From NCBI GenBank assembly GCA_965222605.1, contig OZ244960.1, positions 992,001 through 1,056,000 of the forward strand: a stretch of 64,000 nt of DNA, in the 5' to 3' direction. The notes under the pieces were generated by a model. It ran no database searches. It was not told the DNA's origin and saw only the letters and a program-made list of their open reading frames with translations. A program made the translations under genes and the position numbers. Position 1 is the stretch's first letter. Every line of letters starts with the position of its first letter. This document shows, in pieces, positions 48,085 to 56,229 of the stretch. The stretch is from Candidatus Latescibacterota bacterium. GTDB taxonomy: Bacteria; Latescibacterota; UBA2968.

Positions 48085-49872
48085 ATGCAGAAGGATTATT
48101 CTGAAGTCAAAGGTCAACTGCGCAGTCAAGAGTGGTTCAACAACCCGCACAACATGGGCATGACGGCCGTTTATGTCGAACGCTACATGAACTACGGCTG
48201 GACGCGCGAAGAACTTCAATCGGGCAAACCCGTTATTGGCATCGCACAAACGGGCGGCGACCTCACCCCCTGCAATCGCATTCACGTCGAATTGGTCGAT
48301 CGCGTCAAAGCCGGTATCCGCGACAACGGCGGCATACCCTTTGAATTTCCCGTTCACCCCATTGCCGAACAGGGCAAACGGCCCACGGCCGCCCTCGACC
48401 GCAACCTCGCCTACCTGGGGCTGGTCGAAATCCTGCACGGCTATCCCATCGACGGCGTCGTGCTCACCACCGGATGCGACAAAACCACACCTGCCTGCAT
48501 CATGGCAGCCTGCACCATGAACCTGCCCGCCATCGTCCTCTCTGGCGGCCCCATGCTCGATGGGCACTGGCGCGGTCGCCTATCCGGATCGGGCACAGTT
48601 GTATGGGAAGCCCGCGAACGCTATGCGGCTGGTGAAATCGACTACGACGGGTTCATGGACATCGTCACATCATCCTCGCCCAGTGTGGGCCACTGCAACA
48701 CAATGGGAACTGCCCTGTCCATGAACGCATTGGCTGAAGCACTTGGATTATCGCTTACCGGATGCGCGGCCATCCCCGCTCCCTATCGCGCCCGCAAGCA
48801 AATGGCCTATCACACGGGACTGCGCATGGTCGATATGGTCAAAGAAGATCTCACCCCCGACAAAATCCTCACGCCAGAAGCCTTCCAAAACGCCATTGTC
48901 GTCAACTCTGCGCTCGGCGGTTCGACCAACGCGCCGGTTCACATCACCGCCATAGCGCGACACATTGGACATGAACTACCGGCAAAAGACTGGCAAACCC
49001 ATGGTCACCACATACCCCTGCTCGTCAACTGTCAGCCTGCAGGCGAATACCTCGGCGAAGCCTTTTACCGCGCCGGCGGTGTGCCCGCTGTCATGGCCGA
49101 ACTCGTCAAAGCCGACAAACTCCACACCCACTGCCAGACCGTCACCGGCAAAACCATAGGGGAAAATCTCAAAGGCATCGCCATTGAAGACGAACGCGTC
49201 ATCAAGCCCTATGAACAACCCTTAAAAGAAAACGCTGGATTCATCGTACTCAGCGGCAACCTCTTTGAAGCGGGCTTGCTCAAAACCTCTGTGATCGGCG
49301 ACGACTTCCGAAAAAAATATCTCCAGCGCGAAGACGACGAAAACGCCTGGGAAGGCACGGCTGTAGTCTTCGACGGCCCCGAAGATTATCACCACCGCAT
49401 CAACGACCCCGATTTACCCATCGACGAAAATTCCTTGCTCTTCGTGCGCTATTGCGGCCCCGTGGGATACCCCGGCTCAGCCGAAGTCGTCAACATGCTC
49501 CCCCCCGACCGCCTCGTACAGGCCGGCATTTCCGAACTGCCCTGCATCGGCGATGGGCGTCAAAGCGGCACCTCTGCCAGCCCATCCATACTCAACGCTT
49601 CGCCCGAAGCCACAGTGGGCGGTGGGCTTGCCTTTCTCAAAACGGGCGACCGCGTGCGCATCGATCTCAACACCTGCACGGTCAATGTCCTCATCAGCGA
49701 TCGGGAACTCGTCCAGCGCAAAAAGGACTGGAAACAACCCGACCTGGTCCACCAGACACCCTGGCAGGAAATCTATCGCCAAAGTGTGGGGCAACTCGCC
49801 GACGGCGCGTGTCTGGAACTGGCCGTAAAATACCAGAATGTGCGCGACAATACCCCGCGTCATTCGCATTAA
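48085..49872 (+). CDS. IlvD/Edd-family dehydratase (sugar-acid dehydratase-like)
   Basis: PCN, GCDKTTP, HCNTMGTA, GGSTNA and GDGRQSGTS motifs. Confidence 0.9.
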   Translation: MQKDYSEVKGQLRSQEWFNNPHNMGMTAVYVERYMNYGWTREELQSGKPVIGIAQTGGDLTPCNRIHVELVDRVKAGIRDNGGIPFEFPVHPIAEQGKRPTAALDRNLAYLGLVEILHGYPIDGVVLTTGCDKTTPACIMAACTMNLPAIVLSGGPMLDGHWRGRLSGSGTVVWEARERYAAGEIDYDGFMDIVTSSSPSVGHCNTMGTALSMNALAEALGLSLTGCAAIPAPYRARKQMAYHTGLRMVDMVKEDLTPDKILTPEAFQNAIVVNSALGGSTNAPVHITAIARHIGHELPAKDWQTHGHHIPLLVNCQPAGEYLGEAFYRAGGVPAVMAELVKADKLHTHCQTVTGKTIGENLKGIAIEDERVIKPYEQPLKENAGFIVLSGNLFEAGLLKTSVIGDDFRKKYLQREDDENAWEGTAVVFDGPEDYHHRINDPDLPIDENSLLFVRYCGPVGYPGSAEVVNMLPPDRLVQAGISELPCIGDGRQSGTSASPSILNASPEATVGGGLAFLKTGDRVRIDLNTCTVNVLISDRELVQRKKDWKQPDLVHQTPWQEIYRQSVGQLADGACLELAVKYQNVRDNTPRHSH

Positions 49873-49883
49873 ATTTTTACCCC

Positions 49884-50564
49884 GTGATTTTTCCGACCCC
49901 CGAAGAATACACCGTCCTCATCCTATCGCTTAAAGTGGGCCTGCTCTGCGTGGTGATCAGCTTACCCTTTGCCGTATTGTTGGGCTGGGTGCTGGCGCGC
50001 AAAAACTTTCGCGGCAAACTCATCCTCGACGGTCTGTGTCACTTGCCACTTGTGTTGCCGCCTGTAGTTGTCGGGTACCTGCTCCTCCTCCTGTTGGGAC
50101 GCCGGGGTTTTCTGGGTCAAATTTTGAACGACTGGTTTGGTTTGCAGATCGCATTTACCTGGCGAGGTGCTGTATTAGCCGCTGCTGTGGTGGGTTTTCC
50201 ACTCATGTTAAGAGCTATTCGCCTCGCCATAGAAAGTGTTGACCCCCGCCTCGAGCGCGCTGCTCGTACCCTGGGTGCCAATCCGCTTCGCGCCTTTTTT
50301 TCCATAACGCTGCGCCTGGCCGCGCCCGGCGTACTCGTCGGTTCTCTCCTCGCATTTGCGCGCAGCCTGGGCGAATTTGGCGCCACCATCACCTTTGTCT
50401 CTAATATTGCCGGCGAAACCCGCACACTTCCACTCGCCATTTTCACGTACATCAACCAGCCCGACGGCGAAGCCGCTGCCGTACGCCTCGTCTTACTCTC
50501 CATCATCTTATCTCTTGGCGCACTCATCGCCAGCGAGACCATCGCTCGCAAAATGAAAAACTAA
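49884..50564 (+). CDS. modB: Molybdate ABC transporter permease
   Basis: LPLVLPPVVVG and FARSLGEFGAT motifs; real start probably GTG at 49884. Confidence 0.9.
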   Translation: MIFPTPEEYTVLILSLKVGLLCVVISLPFAVLLGWVLARKNFRGKLILDGLCHLPLVLPPVVVGYLLLLLLGRRGFLGQILNDWFGLQIAFTWRGAVLAAAVVGFPLMLRAIRLAIESVDPRLERAARTLGANPLRAFFSITLRLAAPGVLVGSLLAFARSLGEFGATITFVSNIAGETRTLPLAIFTYINQPDGEAAAVRLVLLSIILSLGALIASETIARKMKN

Positions 50565-50570
50565 AACATC

Positions 50571-51632
50571 ATGCTCACCCTTTGCGTACACAGGCAACTC
50601 GCCGAATTTACCCTCCAAATCGATGTGACGTGTACCTATCCCGTCACCGCGATATTTGGACCTTCAGGCTCTGGCAAAACCACCCTCTTGAATCTCATAA
50701 GCGGCCTGATGCGACCAGATAGTGGCCAAATCAGCATTGACGATGCCATTTTATTTCACGCAGAAAAAGGCATTGACCTGCCACCGGAAAAGCGACGCAT
50801 AGGCCATGTATTTCAAGACGATCTGCTTTTTCCACACCTGACCGTGCGCCAAAATCTACTGTATGGATATCAATTTCTCGCGCCATCAGAACGCAAATTT
50901 CATCCCGATGCCATTATCGACCTGCTCGAATTAAACACCCTGCTCGATCGCCTCCCAAATCTCCTCTCAGGCGGTGAACGCCAGCGCGTCGCCCTGGGCC
51001 GAGCCATCCTGACCTCTCCCAGGCTGCTCATCATGGATGAACCCCTGACCGCGCTCGATCAAGAACTCAAAGACCGCATCATGCCCTATCTGCGCCACAT
51101 TCGCACGGATTTGGGCATACCCATGCTCTACGTTAGCCACGCAATTGGTGAAATTCTGCAACTCACCGGACAAGTCATTGTGCTAAACCGCGGGCAAGTA
51201 CTCGCGCATGGAGACTTCTTTTCTATCGCTCACCAGCCCAAAATTCTGCCTCTGCTCGAAGCACACGGTTTTGAAAATGTCCTGCCCGTTAAAGTCATCG
51301 CACCCAATCGCGCGCAATACAACAATCAGATCCTTCATATCCCCCCCTGTGATCGCACATCGGGCACACATATCTTTATAGGCATACGGGCAAACGACAT
51401 CATTTTGTGCCGACAGCGGCCTGTAGGTTTAAGCATTCGCAATGCCCTCTCTGCACAGGTACTCGACATCGTTGAAACGCATGGCCGACGCCTCGTTTAC
51501 ATCGATGTGGGCAAACGCCTCGCCGCTGAAGTCACCCCTGAAGCGATAGAAGAATTGGCTTTAAAAATCGGCGATCCCGTAATTTGCCTGATTAAAACAC
51601 ACGCCATTCGCATAGGTCCAGATGTCTCTTGA
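50571..51632 (+). CDS. modC: Molybdate ABC transporter ATPase
   Basis: GPSGSGKTT, LPPEKRRIG, LSGGERQR and C-terminal TOBE (SIRN). Confidence 0.9.
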   Translation: MLTLCVHRQLAEFTLQIDVTCTYPVTAIFGPSGSGKTTLLNLISGLMRPDSGQISIDDAILFHAEKGIDLPPEKRRIGHVFQDDLLFPHLTVRQNLLYGYQFLAPSERKFHPDAIIDLLELNTLLDRLPNLLSGGERQRVALGRAILTSPRLLIMDEPLTALDQELKDRIMPYLRHIRTDLGIPMLYVSHAIGEILQLTGQVIVLNRGQVLAHGDFFSIAHQPKILPLLEAHGFENVLPVKVIAPNRAQYNNQILHIPPCDRTSGTHIFIGIRANDIILCRQRPVGLSIRNALSAQVLDIVETHGRRLVYIDVGKRLAAEVTPEAIEELALKIGDPVICLIKTHAIRIGPDVS

Positions 51633-51665
51633 GATCTACGCCATCTCCGAAAAAAACAAAATTTC

Positions 51666-51694
51666 TGAAACCTGTTCACAACCTGCACTGTCTA
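51666..51694 (+). promoter_or_regulatory. Putative ECF-type promoter
   Basis: TGAAAC-17 bp-TGTCTA upstream of the ECF sigma locus. Confidence 0.45.
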
Positions 51695-51785
51695 TTTATG
51701 TGACGTTGGGTAACTATTTTCTTACTTTTCGTTCCAAAGTGCATCCAAAGGTATGTAATAGTGAAGATAAAATTTGCAAAAAATT

Positions 51786-51826
51786 CCGATTTCTTCCTTG
51801 ACGTATCGGAGTTCTCTAACTATCTT
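51786..51826 (+). promoter_or_regulatory. Sigma70 promoter with palindromic operator around the -35
   Basis: TTGACG-17 bp-TATCTT; TCCGAT...ATCGGA inverted repeat brackets the -35. Confidence 0.55.
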
Positions 51827-52085
51827 TTTGAAGCTGAATATTATTGTTGCAATCCATCAATCTCAAACAGGGAATCCATCGTGTATATCCGTAAACCCGC
51901 ACCACAGGGCTGAGTCTCCTGGAACGACATCCCGGTAACACCTTTACATGAGAGATTTTTGTGTTCAATCTCGCCATTGTTGCCTCTAACAGTCCTATCC
52001 AGGATAGCTCGCAATTTGAATTGCTCGCGCTCTTATTGCACCTGGGGAGGACCATATGGCTTGTTGAATGCATCAAAAAGACACT

Positions 52086-52151
52086 GCCATCCTCGCCGGA
52101 TGGCTTTTTTAATGGCCACAGCGCAAAACGAGACGCGGTGGCCCTTTTTTT
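52086..52151 (+). terminator. Two tandem intrinsic terminators within the leader
   Basis: gccatcc/ggatggc + T6 and ggccac/gtggcc + T7. Confidence 0.65.
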
Positions 52152-52245
52152 AAAAAGGAGGCACTATGATTGTTTAATAAACGATTGGTAAACAAATATC
52201 TGGCTATTACATTTCTCCCCCTTCATCAGAGAAAGGAGATCTGAT

Positions 52246-52350
52246 ATGACGTCAGTACAAACAGAAAGGCCCTCACGCGAGTCTTTGGCGGGACGACGTG
52301 AGGACCCCAGATCACACCGACAAGTACATGCGGTGTTCCGCATAATTTAG
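52246..52350 (+). CDS. Putative 34-aa leader peptide
   Basis: AAAGGAG RBS; MTSVQTERPSRESLAGRREDPRSHRQVHAVFRII*. Confidence 0.4.
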   Translation: MTSVQTERPSRESLAGRREDPRSHRQVHAVFRII

Positions 52351-52401
52351 GACAAATTTCTGATAACTGCAAATGAAATCATAAACTTGTGGAGAAATTA
52401 G

Positions 52402-52599
52402 ATGCAAACCTGGAAGGATGTATTCCGCAGAAAAGAAGAATTGCAAAATCTGAAAAACATCGGATTCTGCTTTCTGATCGTCGTTGCCCTCATCACGGGG
52501 TCTTATGCCCTGACGGGGTTGCGAGACATTTTTCAAGTCTCGCTTGCGGAGCCTACCGAATGGGAAGTCACCGCAATACCTGACGATATTGACGAGTAG
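52402..52599 (+). CDS. 65-aa single-TM protein upstream of the ECF sigma
   Basis: GGAGA RBS; basic N-terminus, IGFCFLIVVALITGSYAL TM segment and acidic tail. Confidence 0.6.
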   Translation: MQTWKDVFRRKEELQNLKNIGFCFLIVVALITGSYALTGLRDIFQVSLAEPTEWEVTAIPDDIDE

Positions 52600-52628
52600 T
52601 GATAACCATTCACCAGAGGATACTAACC

Positions 52629-53210
52629 ATGCAGTACGCAGAAGAGCGAGATCTGGTGCGTCGCACGTTAAATGGCGATGCCGGGGCTTTCAACAGCCTT
52701 TACAAACGCCATCACGCCCGGATTCTCGCCACACTAATTGGACGAACCAGAAATCGACACGATGCTGAAGATTTGATGCAAGTGACTTTTTTGCGCGCCT
52801 ATCGCGGTTTGTCCGGATTCCGCGGGGAGGCCGCATTCTCAACATGGCTGATGCAAATTGCCCTGAATGTGTGTACCACGCACATGCGATCCAAACAAGC
52901 CCGTAGATCGTGGCAACAAACCATTGAAGATACACAACTCGGTTATCGAGATACGTGGGAGCCAGCCAGTACAGAGCGTCCCGACGATGCGTTGTCTCGA
53001 AAAGAATGCCGCGCAATGCTCGAAGAAAGCATAGCAGAACTGCCACAGCGATATCGCCATGCCGTGCGCTTGCGCTATGTAAAGGATCGATCTTATGCAG
53101 AGATTGCCAGAGAACTCGGCGTGCCAATGGGCACTCTGAAAACCTGGCTTCATCGCGCGCGACACCAGTTGCAAGAATCTCTTAACGATACGGAACTTGC
53201 GGCAATGTAA
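52629..53210 (+). CDS. ECF RNA polymerase sigma factor
   Basis: GDAGAF, DAEDLMQVTFLRAY, FSTWLMQIALN and SYAEIARELGVPMGTLKTWLHRAR motifs. Confidence 0.93.
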   Translation: MQYAEERDLVRRTLNGDAGAFNSLYKRHHARILATLIGRTRNRHDAEDLMQVTFLRAYRGLSGFRGEAAFSTWLMQIALNVCTTHMRSKQARRSWQQTIEDTQLGYRDTWEPASTERPDDALSRKECRAMLEESIAELPQRYRHAVRLRYVKDRSYAEIARELGVPMGTLKTWLHRARHQLQESLNDTELAAM

Positions 53211-53288
53211 AACGTCTTACAATGTGTTATCGCAATGGCGTAGCCAAATAGCTGTTAAATTTTAATAATCAGAGGAGAAATTCATTTT

Positions 53289-53501
53289 ATGCACTGCGAC
53301 ATTTGCGGGCGCGAAAACGCGCACATCCACAAAATCAATCGCATGTATGGCAAGGGGAAACACACCGTCACCATTCGCAATATTCCCCTTGCGATATGTT
53401 CGACCTGTGAAGAACGCTATTTTGCGCCTCGCACACTCGACAACGCCGATCAACTGAGGACAGTACTTCACAAACACTCAAAATCGACTTGTCTCGCGTA
53501 A
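53289..53501 (+). CDS. YgiT/MqsA-type zinc-finger protein
   Basis: MHCDICG...IRNIP..CSTCEERYF; GAGGAG RBS. Confidence 0.75.
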   Translation: MHCDICGRENAHIHKINRMYGKGKHTVTIRNIPLAICSTCEERYFAPRTLDNADQLRTVLHKHSKSTCLA

Positions 53502-53507
53502 ACAAGT

Positions 53508-53546
53508 AAAAAAAAGCCGTCGGTAGCATCTCCCGGCGGCTTTTTT
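53508..53546. terminator. Intrinsic terminator
   Basis: A-tract, gccgtcgg/ccggcggc stem, T6. Confidence 0.75.
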
Positions 53547-53547
53547 G

Positions 53548-53762
53548 TGTTCATTTTCGGACACCACTGTATCAAAACCGGACACTTGCCTACATAATTA
53601 AATTTATATGAAGCCAGATGTTTTTTATTTTATACCAATACCCCAAATTTTTAAAAAAATTAAGCGATTTATTTTCAACAGGTTAAAAAATTTAAAAGAT
53701 ATATAGCATAAAAAATTTGCTCGAATTATCGATCTCCAAAAAAGTTTAGCACGATTTTTGCT
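53548..53762 (+). promoter_or_regulatory. Sigma54-type promoter architecture (tandem UAS, IHF-like site, degenerate -24/-12)
   Basis: TGT-N10-ACA at 53548-53563 and TGT-N11-ACA at 53568-53584; TTTCAACAGGTTA at 53673-53685; TTAGCACGATTTTTGCT at 53746-53762. Confidence 0.55.
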
Positions 53763-54522
53763 TAATAAAATCTAAAATTGATCTTTCCAATTCCCAAAGG
53801 AGGTTTCCCATGCTCAAAAATTACCTGACCATTGCCCTGCGAAATCTGGTGCGCTACAAAATATACACCGCGACCAATGCCCTCGGCCTGGCAACGGGCA
53901 TTGCATTTTGCCTCCTCACATTTCTCTACGTGCGGCACGAATGGACTTATGATCAATTTCACGAAAAATCCGACCGCATTTTTCGACTCGGCATGTCTAG
54001 CGGAATGTTTGGCGGAAGAGACAATGCCAGAGGTGTCTGGCTATCTGAAAAAATTGGACCACTCATGCGAGAAAACATCCCGCAATTCGCCCATGTTGTG
54101 CGGATACACGAAAGAACTGTAAAAGTGTCTCACGGCAACAACACCTTTGAAGTAAAATCTCTGTTTACCGACGAAGACTTTTTTCAATTATTCACTTTTC
54201 CGCTCATTCACGGCGATCCCAAAACCGTGCTCGCAAACCCAAATAGCATTGTCTTAACCCAAAGTGCGGCACAAAAATATTTCGGACAAAACGATGTTGT
54301 GGGACAGGAACTCAGCATCCGCCATAGAATTTGGAATGAAGAAGAAAAGACTTTTGTCGTAGCGGGTATCGCAGAGGATCCCCCTGAAAATTCCAGCATT
54401 CAATTTGATCTGATTTTTTCTTATGCATCAATTCCGCCCTCTAAGCGGAGCACGGTGAGGATGTTTATATCACAAGATGGCAAAGCCGAACGCAAAGAAA
54501 TTACCCCGCCCGTCTTCTCTAA

Positions 54523-56229
54523 CCCGACTAATTCATGAACTGTAATGGTTGGGGTTGTTTGTCAGGCGGCATCGGTTCCAAGCATCAAAATGAGGGTGCT
54601 TTCTATCTTGTCTGCCGTCATAGGCGTCTTCATAGAGTTCAAGCAGCCCAAATCGTCCCCTGACAGGCTCTGCCAGTGTCAAAAGTACAGACCGGTCCCT
54701 TGCCAGTCCTGTCTGTGGATAAGTCCGTGTATTTGTAAAGTCAGCAAGTGATGGGACAGACCCCTATTCCTTCCCCGTTGATGGGTTATGGCACCGCCTT
54801 TGCCAGATTGCACAGGATTTTATCAAAAAGGTGTGGCAATGGAAATGACATAGGCAGATGGAAGGTGATCTTTGTTTTCAACTCACAGACGCGTCCGGCG
54901 ACTTTAAGGAAACGATTTTGGAGGGTATTGACCTGTGCGTTTATCCACGTTGTGCCTTGTAATCCGATGTGCGCTAAGGTGTGCAACAAGACATAGGCAG
55001 CCGAATGGAGGAAGAGGCGGAACTGATTGGCTCCAAAAGCGTGACAGGACGTGCGGTCTGAGTGGAGAAAGGTTTTGTGATTTTTAATGAAGTTTTCCAT
55101 CTGTCCGCGCGCACAATAGATATTTTGGTAGATAAAGGAGGCCCTTGAACTTTCAAGGTTGGTCACGACAAAGCGTGTGTTTTGGCCTCGGGTGGTGATT
55201 TCAGCTTTGCATAAGATGCGTCTGGCACAGGCCCAAGTCTGGGCTTGGTAATAAAATGAGGTAAAAAGTCGCACGGGCTTGCCGGTTTGTGCATAAAGGC
55301 TTTTGGTCTGATCCATCAGGGGCTTTGAAAGGGCTAAGAGTCGGGTATTGGCACTTTGTCCGAGGATAAAAAAGAGGTCCTTTGTCGCACAAAAGTCCTG
55401 GACTTCTGGACTTGAGAAGTGGGCATCGCCTCGCAAAAAGAGTGCCACCTTTGGCCAAGCCTGACGAATATAAGCGACTAACCGCTTGAGAATGGTGACA
55501 ATCTGTTTGCCATCAGGACGCACACCCGGACGTAAAATCGTCGTGATTAGCTTGCCCGATTGCCCTTCATAAATATGCAAAGGCTGGTAGGAGTAGGCAC
55601 CCAAATACCCATTGAATAAGGACAACTGCTGCGTCCCATAAACCCTATCCTGCGTATCATCAATATCTAAGATGATCGACGAAGGCGGCTTTTTATACGA
55701 AGCAATAAAACAATCGACAAAGGCACGAGCAACGCGATACAAATCGCTTCTGCTCATCTGATTCTCAAACCGACTCATCGTGGGTTGACTGGCCAAGTTC
55801 TCACCACTTATGGGCAAGCGATCACAGGCAACCTTGAAGCCGGGATCGCTGCGTAAGGCATTGCAATCATTGGCATCTTCATACCCACAGGCAATTTGAA
55901 ACACGCGCTGTTTGATCAACTCTGCCGTGCTATGCGCCACATAACTTTGATGCCGATGGTCTTTAATCGCGCGACTCAAACGTGATAAAATACCCGTTTT
56001 GGCCTCCACTTCTCGAAGCAATAAGGCTCCGCTATCGCTGGTGAGAATACCCCCATCAAAGGCGAGGTTGAGACGTTTGCCGAAAATGCTTGCCAAAGGA
56101 ACCTTGCAATGATTATCTTGTGTGCTCACGGTAGTTTCTCCCAAGTTCATTGTTCAATGGTTATGCGTATAACCTAATATAATACAATAACTTGAATAGG
56201 GAAACTACCTTTTTTATGAATTTTTCGGG
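54523..56229 (-). mobile_element. IS1380-family insertion sequence, 1707 bp, with CTAA target duplication
   Basis: Terminal IRs cccgactaattcat / atgaatttttcggg (12/14 match); CTAA at 54519-54522 and 56230-56233. Confidence 0.93.
54786..56129 (-). CDS. IS1380-family DDE transposase
   Basis: FDGG.LTSDSG, GYEDAND, LASQPTMSR, LDID, RGDAHF and YCARGQMENFIK motifs; likely GTG start after GGAGA (alternative ATG at 56150). Confidence 0.93.
   Translation of the reverse strand: MSTQDNHCKVPLASIFGKRLNLAFDGGILTSDSGALLLREVEAKTGILSRLSRAIKDHRHQSYVAHSTAELIKQRVFQIACGYEDANDCNALRSDPGFKVACDRLPISGENLASQPTMSRFENQMSRSDLYRVARAFVDCFIASYKKPPSSIILDIDDTQDRVYGTQQLSLFNGYLGAYSYQPLHIYEGQSGKLITTILRPGVRPDGKQIVTILKRLVAYIRQAWPKVALFLRGDAHFSSPEVQDFCATKDLFFILGQSANTRLLALSKPLMDQTKSLYAQTGKPVRLFTSFYYQAQTWACARRILCKAEITTRGQNTRFVVTNLESSRASFIYQNIYCARGQMENFIKNHKTFLHSDRTSCHAFGANQFRLFLHSAAYVLLHTLAHIGLQGTTWINAQVNTLQNRFLKVAGRVCELKTKITFHLPMSFPLPHLFDKILCNLAKAVP

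Noticed and set aside
49452-49883. Apparent long N-terminal extension of ModB
   Set aside because: It is an alternative frame inside the dehydratase gene; ModB similarity begins near 49884.
51867-51930. AGGGAA...TCCG...CCCGC resembling a cobalamin riboswitch
   Set aside because: It lacks the GCCACTG and AGYCAGRAGACC core elements, and the downstream genes are unrelated to B12.
51816-52191. ORF-track calls of 64-86 aa in the ECF leader
   Set aside because: No convincing RBS or recognisable protein features; the region is better explained as structured leader RNA.
53587-53614. dif-like sequence (..cataa ttaaat ttatatgaa..)
   Set aside because: Only partial matches to the XerC/XerD arms within an AT-rich promoter spacer.
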